From positions 992,001-1,056,000 of the forward strand of contig BQFW01000015.1 in assembly GCA_020891255.1 (NCBI GenBank): a stretch of DNA of 64,000 bases, written 5' to 3'. This document shows positions 1 to 11,843 of this stretch, piece after piece. The position numbers and the translations under genes were made by a program. Below the pieces are notes generated by a model. That model made no database searches. It was not told the DNA's origin and worked only from the letters and a program-made list of their open reading frames with translations. Position 1 is the stretch's first letter. Every line of letters begins with the position of its first letter. Origin of the DNA: Entomortierella parvispora E1425 (taxonomy: Eukaryota > Fungi > Mortierellomycota).

Positions 1-1
1 G

Positions 2-406
2 CTGGTCTACCAACGAATTGTGTCGCGTTATCACATAACCGAGTCCCGCCTCCATCACTGCATCTAAAAGGACGTCGTAGCAAATAAGCCAGAGGATAGG
101 ACATTCAACACCACCCTGATCAAGGCCGCAGCGAGGGTGATATGGTGCCGTCATTCCAAAGGCCGTAATAACTTGGTTGGTTTTCTCGGTTGCAATGGTC
201 GTGCAGAGCTGGATGAACATTGGATGGATCCGAAGACGTCTCAGGCTACGTTCAAGGGTCTGGCCCGGTCCGCAGGTTACAGAGTCAAAACAGCGGCGGA
301 TGTCCTGGAAGAGTATCCATGCTTCCTTATTGTGCTCCCGAGCATCTTCCATCACCGCATTGAGGATGTGAATTGGATCCTTAGTGGTAGTGCCCGGAAG
401 CACTGA
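2..406 (+). pseudogene. Possible degenerate coding remnant or 3' part of an unknown gene
   Basis: Frame 2 reads as protein-like from the window start to 406, with one in-frame TAA at 65-67. No family recognised. Confidence 0.2.
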
Positions 407-642
407 GAAATTCGCGCCACGCAGGACCCTATGTGTAGTTAGAACGACGACCATGCGGTCAACCAGAATGGAGAACAGGATTTTGCGCCCATGTTCCAGT
501 AATGTCAAGGGACGGACGTCTGTCAAGCGACCTGTCCAGCAAGGCCCTTTGGGGATGCAGTACAGAAGGCCTTTCATCCAAGATGCGTGACCCCGGATCC
601 CGGTGCCAGTGGTGCCGCTACTGTGTCCTCTTCACAGGAAGT

Positions 643-648
643 CACGTG
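643..648. promoter_or_regulatory. E-box (GTCACGTGAT) upstream of tRNA-Gly
   Basis: CACGTG at 643-648, 52 bp before the tRNA start at 700. Confidence 0.6.
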
Positions 649-699
649 ATATAATGGGATCTTAAATGTTTGGAATAAAGTTATTTCCATCTTGATCAA

Positions 700-770
700 G
701 AAAGTGTAGTATATGGGTATCATTCCGGCCTTCCAAGCCTGAGAACCGGGTTCGAGTCCCGGCACTTTCA
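700..770 (+). tRNA. tRNA-Gly(TCC)
   Basis: Acceptor GAAAGTG/CACTTTC plus A73; anticodon loop CTTCCAA; T-arm CCGGG-TTCGAGT-CCCGG; T-runs downstream. One mismatch each in the D-stem and anticodon stem. Confidence 0.88.
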
Positions 771-1182
771 TATTTTAGTACCTTTTCTTTTTTGTCACTA
801 CGTTGAGTCTAACCGCCGAATCACACATGAAGCATGAGGCTGCCGGCATTGCCCTCATGTGCTGCAACAGCAATCTTACGGTAGGGCTGACAAGGCTGAT
901 GGAAAATGTTTTTTTTTTTTTGGGTTTATCTATTTGAGGCCTTGATCGAAGCGCAGTGTAACACTCCTTGGTAGGCAGTGACGACCGACTGAGCCGATGC
1001 CAACGGGGCTGGTGCCAACGGGCTGGTGATCTGTCCCCTCACAGGAGGTCAGGTCGTTGGCGAGTCATGGAAGGCAGAGTACAATGATGTCCACAAAGCC
1101 GTGTCCGATGGCTGGTACCATGGAGGCGGTTTCGGGCGGCAACTTCGGGTTTGCGGGCTTGTTGCGAACGAGGTGGAGCTCA

Positions 1183-1270
1183 CTATCTGACAACCCAGGT
1201 TTCCATGCAATTTTCCAAAGTGTGACTGGTGGGTTGTCAAACAAAACGAACAACCTGGGTTGTCAAATAG
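1183..1270. mobile_element. 88-bp MITE-like element with 19-bp terminal inverted repeats
   Basis: CTATCTGACAACCCAGGTT (1183-1201) is the reverse complement of AACCTGGGTTGTCAAATAG (1252-1270) with one mismatch. An extra internal GGGTTGTCAAA copy lies near 1231. No clear target-site duplication. Confidence 0.5.
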
Positions 1271-1479
1271 ATAAATCCTTTTTTTTTTGCTATGTCGAGC
1301 CAAAGAAGGATCCCTGCACACTAAACATTTTACTCTTCTTTATTACACGGCTACGAGTCGGGGCATTTGCTGTTGATAAATGAACCCGGCACAAATACCG
1401 TCTGTCACCTTGGGATCGTCTTCGGCGCCAGGACAAAGGCCGGAGTGAAGTTTGCCTGTTTAACGTACAAAAATGATGA

Positions 1480-1515
1480 CACGTGATATTCACGTACGAT
1501 TATAGTAGTCACGTG
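1480..1515. promoter_or_regulatory. Two E-boxes upstream of tRNA-Val
   Basis: CACGTG at 1480-1485 and 1510-1515, plus near-match CACGTA at 1491-1496; the tRNA starts at 1588. Confidence 0.65.
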
Positions 1516-1587
1516 ATCATAGCTAAATATCAATAAATTCCTGAACCAATCAGCATCCGAGACCTGGCCAATAGGCTTCGTTTCTAG

Positions 1588-1660
1588 GCTTTAGTAGTGT
1601 AGTGGTTATCACATCTGTCTCACTAACAGAAGGTCCCAGGTTCGAAACCTGGCTAAAGCA
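1588..1660 (+). tRNA. tRNA-Val(CAC)
   Basis: Acceptor GCTTTAG/CTAAAGC plus A73; D-arm GTGTAGTGGTTATCAC; anticodon arm TCTGT-CTCACTA-ACAGA; T-arm CCAGG-TTCGAAA-CCTGG; T5 terminator just after. Position 37 is T, which is atypical. Confidence 0.9.
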
Positions 1661-1692
1661 TACTTTTTACCTTTTGTCCACGAAATCTTGGT

Positions 1693-2290
1693 TTTCCTTT
1701 TTGGGCGTCTCGTATCCGCCGACCATTACCGCCGACCCCTCTCTAAACCACCGAGGAGCTTCTTGTCTCTCATCCACCGACCTAACTATTGCCGTATCCG
1801 CGGACTTGTCTTCATCTTATCTGCCGACGATCCCTTCCTTAATCGTCGACCTAACCAAAGTGCTTTTGTTCATGTCAACGAAAAAAAAATCTAGATCAGT
1901 GTCTTGTAGACCGGCGGTGTCATTCTCACCAACCGCTGTCCTTTCGAGCAGCCGGTCACCAACGGCAGAAGTTTCAAAGACTCAGTTGGCTACGCTACAA
2001 GGGAGATATGGCTAGACACATTGGTATTGGATCAATAGTGTCTACAAGTTGTAGAGAGTAATTACTTCGCAACTTTTGGTAAGTTTGAAGCCTCCCAAAA
2101 TTTCACAAATCGGCGGTTACGGAAGTGTCGGCGGTCAAGAAACGGAGTGGACGGCGGGTGAGGGACAAGAAATTCGGCGGATTAGAGAGGGGTCGTTGGC
2201 TAATGGTCGGCGGATACGAGATGTCAAGGTCGACGGATAAGGCGCCCAAAAAGGAAAGTCCCCCCATGGTCGGTGGAAAACTAACCAACA
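1693..2290. mobile_element. Foldback-like non-autonomous element with long imperfect inverted arms built from CCGCCGAC-like units
   Basis: Perfect reverse-complement blocks: 1693-1707/2243-2257 (15 bp), 1708-1728/2201-2221 (21 bp), 1733-1746/2182-2195 (14 bp), 1760-1767/2164-2171 (8 bp). About 7-8 CC(G/A)CCGAC-like units per arm in opposite orientation. Confidence 0.7.
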
Positions 2291-2557
2291 ACATGGTCCT
2301 TGGTTAGATTTTTATCAGCATCTACCCGTGTCAGCTACTCAGCTATCGCGGAATTTTTAAAACTTATATTTTATACATTACAATTGGAAAAACAAGAATG
2401 TAGACACGAATGCGATGGACGCCAGCAGTGGGTAAATGAAGAGTGAGCGAGAGAGCGGAGTAGAGTAGAGTGGGGAGGTTGATGTTCGGGTTGGGTGTAG
2501 GTCAAACGCGATACATGACAAAAAAGGAGACAGATATAAAACTACAGAGGGCCCTTT

Positions 2558-4553
2558 TTATGGGCACTTCTTGACCCAGGCGTGGTCCAGCACTTGGTCC
2601 ATACTCAGACGGTATTTGGGCTTGTTGACGAGAATGCCTCGAAGTAAATCCACTAGACTCCTTTCCAAGCCCTCAGCTAGAACCTCAAAAAGGAACGATC
2701 TGGAGGATTCTCTTCGTCGTTTGTATGCAGCCAACTTTGCCGGGTCTTTCTCGCTGAGTTCTGCTGGTAGGTCACCATGCACCATCGTGTAGAGGAGGAG
2801 TCCCAAAGCAAATACATCTGCTTCAAAGCCATAGAAGCGGTCCCATTCATCAGGGAGGATAGAGCTCACCAAGCCTGCGCTCAGCTGCTCCTTCCGCTCA
2901 ACGTTCTTGTCCATTTCGGGAGGTCCCATGATGGTGGTCCCGTAGTTTGAGAATGCTGCCCCGCTAGCAGCATTCAGTCTTTTGGCATGGCCAAAGTCAC
3001 AGAGTTTCGCCTGATAAACGCCATTGGCACGGTCCACGTTGACTAGAGCGTTTTCATCCTTGATATCTCCATGAATGACATTCTGAGAGTGCATCGAGTG
3101 CAGTCCACGCGCCAGTTGCCTGAAGATTGAGTGAACTACTTCCTTGCGAATGCCGGATGGAAATTCACCTGGTGGTTGTCTCTCCGTCCTCGTGTCGTCA
3201 AGGCGGTGCGTTTCAATAAAGTCGAACAGAGAAGATTCCCCCAATTCAGTGACAATAAAGTAGAGATCCACGCCTGCTTCGCTGGGTTTCCGTGATGTGA
3301 ATACCTCCACAAACTCCATGATGTTTTCGTGTGTCTTTAAGGAGGTGAGAACCTCGATCTCACGATTGACTTTGTTGGCCGTGGCGTCTGGCCGTCCTCT
3401 CTTGTCTGTAGGAATGATCTTGATTGCGACCTACACAGTTTTGGTTGTTCCACAAAATAAATTCGTGTCAGTGTTGACTGTTGCACATACCACACCTCAC
3501 ACTCTTTGTACATTCCAGGTTTGCATTCCCAGATCTTACATCACGACCATCCTCTAGTCTTCGAGCAGAGACCACAAATCCAGAGCTCCCACTGCCAAGG
3601 AGACGACCAATTCGGTAGTTTTGGCTGAATTCAGGGGAAAAGAGAAAAGCGCGCTTCAGATCGTCATTGTGGTCATCCCCCCTTGGAAAGATGGACAGGA
3701 GAACCTTGGCCTGTTCTTTGGTAAGCTCAGGTCTATCGAATATCGGATTATTCTCAAAAAACAACGGTTGGCAGTCCAGTGAAGTCTCTTCACTGTCGGA
3801 ATCATCCGAGATCACAATGATATCTCGCGATTTTTGAGCCGCAGTGGAATCCGGTCGAGTCGGAGGCTGGATATTATCGAGGCGTAGTCTGAGTTTGATG
3901 CGCTTATTTGCCTCTGGGGACGGAGTGGGCGAAGCAAGGGTTTCAGCGCCAGCGTTGGAACATCTTAGCTTCCGTTTCAGCGGCCGCTGATGATGATGCT
4001 GCGCGCGCAAGCCTGCTGGAAAGACGATTGGCGAGGATGGAGCATTGGTTGAAGAAGAAAGGGAGTTGTGAGGAGAGGGCGGGGTATAGGCGGAAGTGGT
4101 CGCAGTAGTTGTGGCGGGGAACGTGATCGAGGATTTTGAAACAAAGTGTGTGTTTGCATTAGCTTTAGCAGCGGGAAACACGATGGGAGACGAAGGGCGG
4201 AAAGGTGAGGAAGAGCGCAAGCGTGGCGAGGCACATTGGCCAGTGTTGTCGGCATTGGCGTCTAAACGAGAGCGATTGGAAGATTGTTTGTGTGTCGAAG
4301 CTGTCGTGGTTCTTTTTCTCTTGGCTGGGCGGTTGCCTTTGGTCATGGTTGGGCCTACTTCGAGATTGATTCGACCTGACAGAATTGCGATGTGTTCGGA
4401 CTGGCATTGGAAGGGAGAAAAGACGCTGTCTTTGCGGTTGCTGGTACATATGTCTTTGTTGTTGACAGCAGTGGTGTGGCTGCGATAGATGTCCCTTGGG
4501 ATGAGAATGACATTGCGATGAGGACGGGGTTGGTTGTTGAGCACGGAAGTCAT
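2558..4553 (-). CDS. Ser/Thr protein kinase, PASK/PIM-like, with a long disordered N-terminus (2 exons; intron 3431-3539)
   Basis: LGSGSSGFV Gly-loop; GT-AG splice to VAIKII...EIEVL; HGDIKDEN catalytic loop; LCDFG; GPPE; ADVFALGLLLYTMV. Confidence 0.9.
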
Positions 4554-6667
4554 GACGAAAAGACTAGCTCAAGAGACGGAGGGGAAGAGAGATGGAGACA
4601 GACAGAGACAGAGATAGAGAGAAGAGAGAAGTGGGGAAGGATGATCTTGTGTGCTTGTCTACTGATGATGAGAGGAGAAAGGAGGAAGAGGAGAGGTGGT
4701 TAGAGCACTGGTAGGCCATCTATTCCACTGAGACAGAAGGTGCAGGGAGACAGACAGACAGACAGACGGGTAGCAACGACCAAAAGACTGCCCAACAGAC
4801 ATGCAGGTCATGCAGGTCATGCAGGACGGTTTGAAGTCGACTCTGAGAATCAATTAACCACAGACCAAAAGGTCGACATTTTTGTATTAAGAGTGGAAGA
4901 GGAGGGGGGAAGGGAAGGAGGGAGGGAGGCTATGTTTGGCCCTTGCTTTGCTTTTCTCTCGGACTGTCCCTGCTCCCTTTCCTTTCAGATCCTCAGAGAT
5001 CTTTTTTTGACGTCTGGTCCCTTGCCGCAGGCAGCGAATGAATGATCACATCATACTTGGGCTGATTGCTATTGTTCTTTTTTTTTCTTGTTTTCTCTCT
5101 TTCTCTCCACTTTGAACCTTGTCCACCCATTGTACATTGCTCAGTAACCCGGTCATATTGTCCATTCGTACACGTTGGAATACAACGAGGGTGTGGTGCA
5201 GAGGCACTCAACACAAGACGAGACAGTAAAATGGATCGAGCAATGAGCAAAAGGGGAAGGGATTCATCCAAAGTGAGCACAGTCCCTCCTTTGCACTCTC
5301 TCGCTCTCCACGCCAGCCTGACCCCCCCGCATTGATCACACATCCTCGTCCACGCGAGAACTCGAGCTCCTTCATTCTTTCCGCTTTGTTTTAGGTATCC
5401 TGCCCGCAGAGTAGAAAAGACATTGGCATAGACTTACATTGAGGGTCGTTGTCCAGGTCCGAAACCGTGCTTTTTTTTTTGGTCGAATAAGAGAGAGATC
5501 GCGTCCTCTAATAGGTGAAGCGACGAGTGAGTTTTGACGAGCAAGACGATACCGCTTCAAGACAAACACGACCAGGGGAAGGGAGACTGAAGCTGTGTGC
5601 TTCCTCCCCTTGTTTTCAATGGGAGGAAACAATGCTGTGGCAATGGCTGTGCCAATGCTTGCATTTCAAAGCACTGCAGGAAACCACTGCGGATGTACTG
5701 TGTGACAAAGTGAAGCAAGGAGAAGGGTGAAGTCTAGTTCAAGTACCTCGTTTGTTCTGCGTCTGCTATGGGTCTACAATGGCGGAGGGACGGTGGCAGT
5801 GGACATGGAAGTAGTGTGGATGCCGAGTCTGTTCATGCTGGGATGGAAGAGAGGATGGAAAGAAGAAGAGTGAAAAGCAAAAAAAAAAAAAAATAATAGA
5901 AAAATAAAAGAAATAAAGAAAAGGAAAGAGGAGGAAAGAGGAGGGGAATGGGAGGGATGGGCAGACAGTGAGCGAAAGAAAAGAAGCCAAGAAATGAGTG
6001 TGTGGAGTGGATGGATGAATGAATGAATGAATGGATGGATGGGCCATGCATGCAGCTAAAAAAAAAAAAAAAAAAAAAAAAGAGACGCCCAGAAAGAGCA
6101 CTCACTTTACTCTTCACAGACAGACAGACAGACAGGCAGACACACCAGACACCATACACTGCACAAGGGTCGCTTCTGTCTTTCTCTCCCCTGTTTCCCT
6201 GTTCCATCGTTCCTTCCTTCCCTCTTCCTTGCTGTCTCTTCTATCTCTTCCTGTTCTCCTTCCTCTTCTTCTTTTCCTTGTTCTTCTTCGTCGTCGTGTC
6301 CTCTCTGTCGCTCTCTCGTCTATTCTTTTTTCTTTCCTTCAACAAGGACGCGACGGCGCACGTGACCAAATGGCTCTCTCTGGCTCTCTCTCTTAACTGC
6401 TCAATCATCATCATCCTCTCGTCTTCATTCGTCGCTTCTCTCCATCTCCTTCTCATGTTCCCACCTCCCTCATTCATCTGACCGATCCAAATACTGACCC
6501 CATCATTGACCAGACTGAGCGACTAGCCGGGAGCGATGACCCTTTGAACGAAACAACAAAAAACAAGACAACAACCGCCACCCTTTTTATCCCTCTTTTT
6601 TTTTTCTTCTCTCTTCGACAAACCCGCACCATCTCTAACGACCCATTCCATTTCCAGTCAATCGACA

Positions 6668-9242
6668 ATGTCTGCCTCCACTCCCAAATACGCTGCCAAG
6701 AGCACCATACGCACTCTGTAATAACATGCATGCAGTAACGGCTTTATCATATCAACTGCGCCTACCAAACCGCTAAAATATCCGTCCATCTTTTTCCAGC
6801 AAAAACTTTTCCAAGGGATACACTGACATCCAAGGAAAGGTGAGAGAGGCGACCTCAAACGACCCATGGGGTCCTAGCGGAACTCAGATGAACGAGCTGG
6901 CTCGAGCAACTTTCAATGAGTAAGTATCAATATCAAGGCGGTGCAGCGTGGCAGAGCTGCTCGATCGCGTTTTTTTTTTAAAAAAAGGATTTCGTGCCTG
7001 ACAAAAAAATCTGCATTTGACCGCGTTGTACCCAAAAGACAAGAGTTCCTTGAGATTATGGAAATCTTGGACAAGCGCATGAACGACAAGGGCAAGAACT
7101 GGCGTCATGTCTTCAAGGTATGGATCGGAACCTCATTGCCTTTCAAGACTCTACTCCCTTTTTTTAACATCGCTCGATTGCTGACGATACTAATAATCTT
7201 TTTTTTTGTTACAATCCAGGCCTTGACTGTTCTTGACTATCTTCTCCATGTTGGTAAGAACAGAAAGAGATATCATCGGGCGAGGCAGTTCATTGCAATG
7301 CAGGGTGATGGCGCGTATTAAGCCAAATTCTATTTTTAAGAACAACAAAAAATGGAACAGGATGCATGCTAAATTCAAGCATTACTGATGTTTGTGTATG
7401 ACTATCTTGGATAGGATCTGAAAACGTGGTCCGATATGCCCGTGAGAACCTTTACATTGTCAAGACCTTGAAAGAGTTCCAGCTCATTGATGAGGATGGA
7501 AAAGATCAAGGATCCAATGGTATAAAGTCGTCTGGACAGAGCAGCCCTGTAGGTAGAATGACTTTGTGGGCTCTGTCACTAATAATAATTCTGCCTCCAA
7601 AAATTAGTCCGTCAAAAGGCAAAGGACATTACTGCACTGCTTTCAGACGAGGCGCGACTAAAGGAGGCGAGAAAATCACGATCGGCCATGCGCGATCGCA
7701 TGAGCGGCAGAATGCCCGGTGAGAGCTATAACGGCGGCAGCCGTCGCGAGCGTCCAGATATGACAGAGGAAGACCGTCAGCTTCAGCGCGCTTTGGAGGA
7801 GAGCCGACGCATGGCCCGTGGAAACCGTGGTGGTGATGGCGAGAACAGGTACGCTTATGATTGGTTAGTTTGAAGGAAGAAAAATCTGGAGCACACTTAT
7901 ACTCATAGGACTTTTTTGTGTTATAGTGATGACGACGACCTGAAGAAGGCGTTGGCGCTGAGCAAAAGAGAGGAGCAGGAGCGCCAGAAGAACTTGGACA
8001 AGTACAACAATCTTTCTGCCAACGAAGACTGGGATGACAAGGCTGGGTATGGCCTGGAGTTGGATATATGGACTTTGAACTTCATCTTGAGTGCAGGATA
8101 TTCATTACGACTTGTTTTATCTCTGTTTTCATCTTTAGATCCAACGATGGAAAGCAGGATGGAAACAATGACTTTTTCGCCAATGATTTCGGTGGCAACA
8201 ACAATAACAACAACAACAACAATAACGACATGTTCGGCTCCATGAACAATTATGACAACCAGTATATTCAGTCGCAGCCCACTGGATTCAACAACCCTTA
8301 TATGCAGTTTCAGCAGCAACAGCAGATGGAGCAACAGCTGTTGCAGCAGCAGCACGAGCAAATGTTGCAGCAGCAGCAGATGGAGCAACAACAGCAAATG
8401 CTCCTTCTTCAGCAGCAAATGCAGCAACAGCAACAGATGCAGCAGCAGCAGATGCAACAACAAATGTTTATGAACAACCCTTATCAACAGCAGCTCATGC
8501 CCCAGATGACGGGAGCGCCTTCTATTGGGTCCAACAATCCCTTCAGCGCCTTTAATGTCCAAAAGGCCGCTGCCAACCAGCCCTTCCCGGATTCCTTCAG
8601 AATTGCAGCAGCCCAAGCCCAGACTCAACAAAACAACGGCGCTAACAATGGCAACAACCAGTTTGGATTCAACAACAACAACAACAGCAGCAGCAGCAGC
8701 AACAATTCGAATGTTCTGAGCGAGCTTGCCTTTTTGCAGACTCCAGCGCCATCGTCTGCACCTGAGCCTGCCTCGGTCTCTGTCAAGGCTCCCAATGTGC
8801 ATGACCAGAAGTACGCCAATTTGGCTATGGCGCTTTCTAACAGGGAGGATGGTATGGATACCTTTGGAAACACCGGTCAGCTGCGTATCCCAAGGTAAGC
8901 AACAAACACAAGGGTGAAAACTGCCTATACTTCTTTAAAATCTTGTACTAACTTGCTTTTCTTTGTCTTCTACTGGATCCCATATCCTAAAGTATTCACA
9001 CTATGGGTGCTCCTGTTGCTTCCCATGTCACTGGGGCATCGAATCCATTCCAGCGAGCCACGATCAATCACAGCGGCTTGGGTTCCAGCCCATTGGCCAA
9101 CCTTGGAGACGGAAACAACAACAACGGGTTCGGAGGACTTGTCGGCAGTGCAGGAGGCAACAGCAACAACAACCTCAGAAACAACCCCTTCCAAACCAAC
9201 AACAACAATGGTGGCGCATTCACCACTGGCACCTTGTTCTGA
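6668..9242 (+). CDS. ENT2: Epsin (ENTH domain, UIMs, polyQ, C-terminal NPF motifs); multi-exon
   Basis: Spliced MSASTPKYAAKSTIRTLKNFSKGYTDIQGKVREATSNDPWGPSG...KGKNWRHVFKALTVLDYLL; UIM-like EEDRQLQRALEESRR and DDDDLKKALALSKRE; NNPF/SNPF motifs; GT-AG introns throughout. The ENT1 versus ENT2 label is arbitrary. Confidence 0.93.
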
Positions 9243-9369
9243 AAAAAAAAAAAAAAAAAAAATTGGGTTATACCATTTTCTTGCCATCTAGGATCTCTAC
9301 CACAGCTTTTTGTTCAGATTGACAAGAAAAAAAAAAATAAATGCTTTATGTGATGTTTTTATCTTTTCT

Positions 9370-11843
9370 TTAAAATATCAAATCCAAAGCACGACGGAAC
9401 CAACTGCGGTCCTCATCCTCGCTCTCATACTCCTCCTGCTGAGGGTTGCTGTCAATGTTCTTCTTGCCCTTCTTCTTCTTGACGGGCATGGTCATGTCAA
9501 TAAAGCTCCGTCCAGTGTCCAAATCCACGTCGACCAACTTTAGGATCTTTGTCTTTGCCCAGAATTTGTTACCAAAGTAGAGGATGGCGATGAAGGGCAG
9601 AGTCACGTAGGCGGACAGGAAAGACTTTAAGCTGAAGGGACTGAACGCCGTGTAGCCCTGACCCAGCAAGATGATCATGCAGACCACGATAGTGTAGATG
9701 GGTCCAAAGGGATACAGTCTGGAAATAAAGGGCAGATCCTGAAGGGATCGACCCTGGGCCTTGTAGGCCATCCTGAACCGCAAATGGCAGAATGCAATAC
9801 CCAACCAGGCAATGAAACCAGTGGTCGAGGCCAGAGACAACAACCAGTTGTAGGCTTGACCCTGACCGATCTGAGGCAACGAGACAATAAAGGCGAGACA
9901 GCCGACGAGGGAGGTGGCCAAGACGCAGTAAACGGGAACACCGTAACGGTTCACGTATCCAAAGAACTTTGGGGCGTTGCCCTCCTGCGAGAGAGTGTGC
10001 AGGGCACGGGAGGAGGCATAGAGTCCAGAGTTACCGGCAGAAAGAATTGCCACCAGAATGACCGCGTTCATGACATCGCCTCCTGCAGAGATACCGGCTT
10101 GGACAAAGACTCTAGTAAAAGGAGAGGATCGAATATCGCCCTGGGGGTTGGCGAGCTCTGGGTCGTTCCAAGGAATACAGAGGCCTACATGTCGAGCAAA
10201 AGGAATATGTTTTGTTCTTTGTTGTTAGCGCCAAAGATCGAGTCAAATGACCATGCACGATGTTATTCATTGTGGTGTGTGGATATCCAGCTTACCAATG
10301 ATCAATAGAGTAAGGACATAAAATATCAAGATACGCCAGAACACTTGCTTGATAGCCCGAGGAACGTTCTTGCGAGGGTTCTTTGTCTCTCCTGCAGCAA
10401 TACCGACCAATTCTGCTCCTTGGAACGAGAATCCGGCGTTCAAGAAAATGGAGAACAAGGCGCCGAATCCGCCGTGGAAGGGATCCATGTCAAAGACTTG
10501 GCGACCTGGCCTCATTCCATCTGCGAGGGGGCTGTTCTTTCCAATGGCGCCTCCAATATAAAGGAATCCCACAATGATAAAGACAACCACGGCCAAGACC
10601 TTGATCAGTGATAGCCAGTACTCAGTCTCACCGTAGGCCTTGACCGATGTCAGGTTCAAGGAGGTCAAAACCACGATGAAGACCAAAGCCCACACCCAGC
10701 CGGGACATTTATCCAGAGGGATCCAATATGAAATGATCACCGATGACGCCACCAATTCTGTCGCCAATGTCACTGACCATGAAAACCAATAAACCCATCC
10801 TAACAACAACAATAATAATCACAAAAAAGAGTTATCAAGGTCAGTTGGCCAATTCACAAAGTTGTTCTTCCGATCTATCTCATCTTTTCAAAGGACCTGT
10901 CAGCGTCCTGGGGAGGAAGGGAGGTTCTCTTTGATGACTGTATTTTTCCATTCTCCGAAAAAGTCCCCGACACCCCGGATGCTACTGTTGTCACAGGAAA
11001 TCTTTCGAAAAAAAAAAAGATCCGATAACATCGATCCCAAAAACAATAAACAACATACGCATCCCCCCTTCATCTTCAGTCTTCACTTACCAAGCATGAA
11101 GCCGAGTGCAGGGTCAAAGAACCGGGTGCCATAGGCGTTAATGGATCCAGTGATGGGTAAATAGGTCGCCATCTCCCCTAGACTGGACATGAAACAATAC
11201 ACCATTGTGCCAATCAACGAGTATGCGATCTGGGAGTAACCGGGTCCTGCTGTGGCGATACTCGATCCCGAGGCCAAGAAGAGTCCTGTTCCGATCGTTC
11301 CACCTAATAACATTCATACAGGCACATCCATGTGCACATACACACAGAGAAGGGTCCAGTCATTAGGGCGAAAACAATAAAAAAAAAAAAAGTTGATCGA
11401 CGGTCACACAAAAAGCAAGGGAGAAAAACAACAGGGTTTTCCCTTGTGGAACCAAACGAGCCATGGCTCGTTCGTTCGTCGCAGGGGGGCAGAGAGAAGG
11501 GAACATTCAAAAAGAGACATAACGTAAAAGGCATAGCAATGAGCTTACCAAGAGAGATCATGGTCAAGTGACGCGCCTGGAGGTTCCTCTGAAGACCCTT
11601 TCCGACTTCTCCGTAGGTATCGTTACTAAGATCAGAGTCGTCGTGGAGGGAGGGTCCGTGGCGGTAGTCCAGATCGGGCTGTGATTCTTCCTGTTGTTGT
11701 CCCTGTTTATGAATGGAGGAGGGTCGGGTTACGGAGGCGCTGCCTGCATCGTTGTCGCTGCTGGACAAGGATGCGGCGTCGAACCTGTCCATCTGGTAGC
11801 TCAGATCGCCCCCCGTAGAAGGACGGCGAGAGAATTTGCTCAT
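9370..11843 (-). CDS. Amino-acid permease (APC/YAT family); 4 exons
   Basis: LQRNLQARHLTMISLG|GTIGTGLFLASG; GETEYWLSLIKV; FSFQGAELVGIAAGETKNPRK; LSAGNSGLYASSRAL. Confidence 0.93.

Noticed and set aside
998-4823. Short tandem repeats (GCCAACGGGGCTGGT x2 near 998; CATGCAGGT x3 near 4800; GACA repeats) as CRISPR-like arrays
   Set aside because: They have no spacers, very few units and a eukaryotic context, so they are ordinary mini- or microsatellites.
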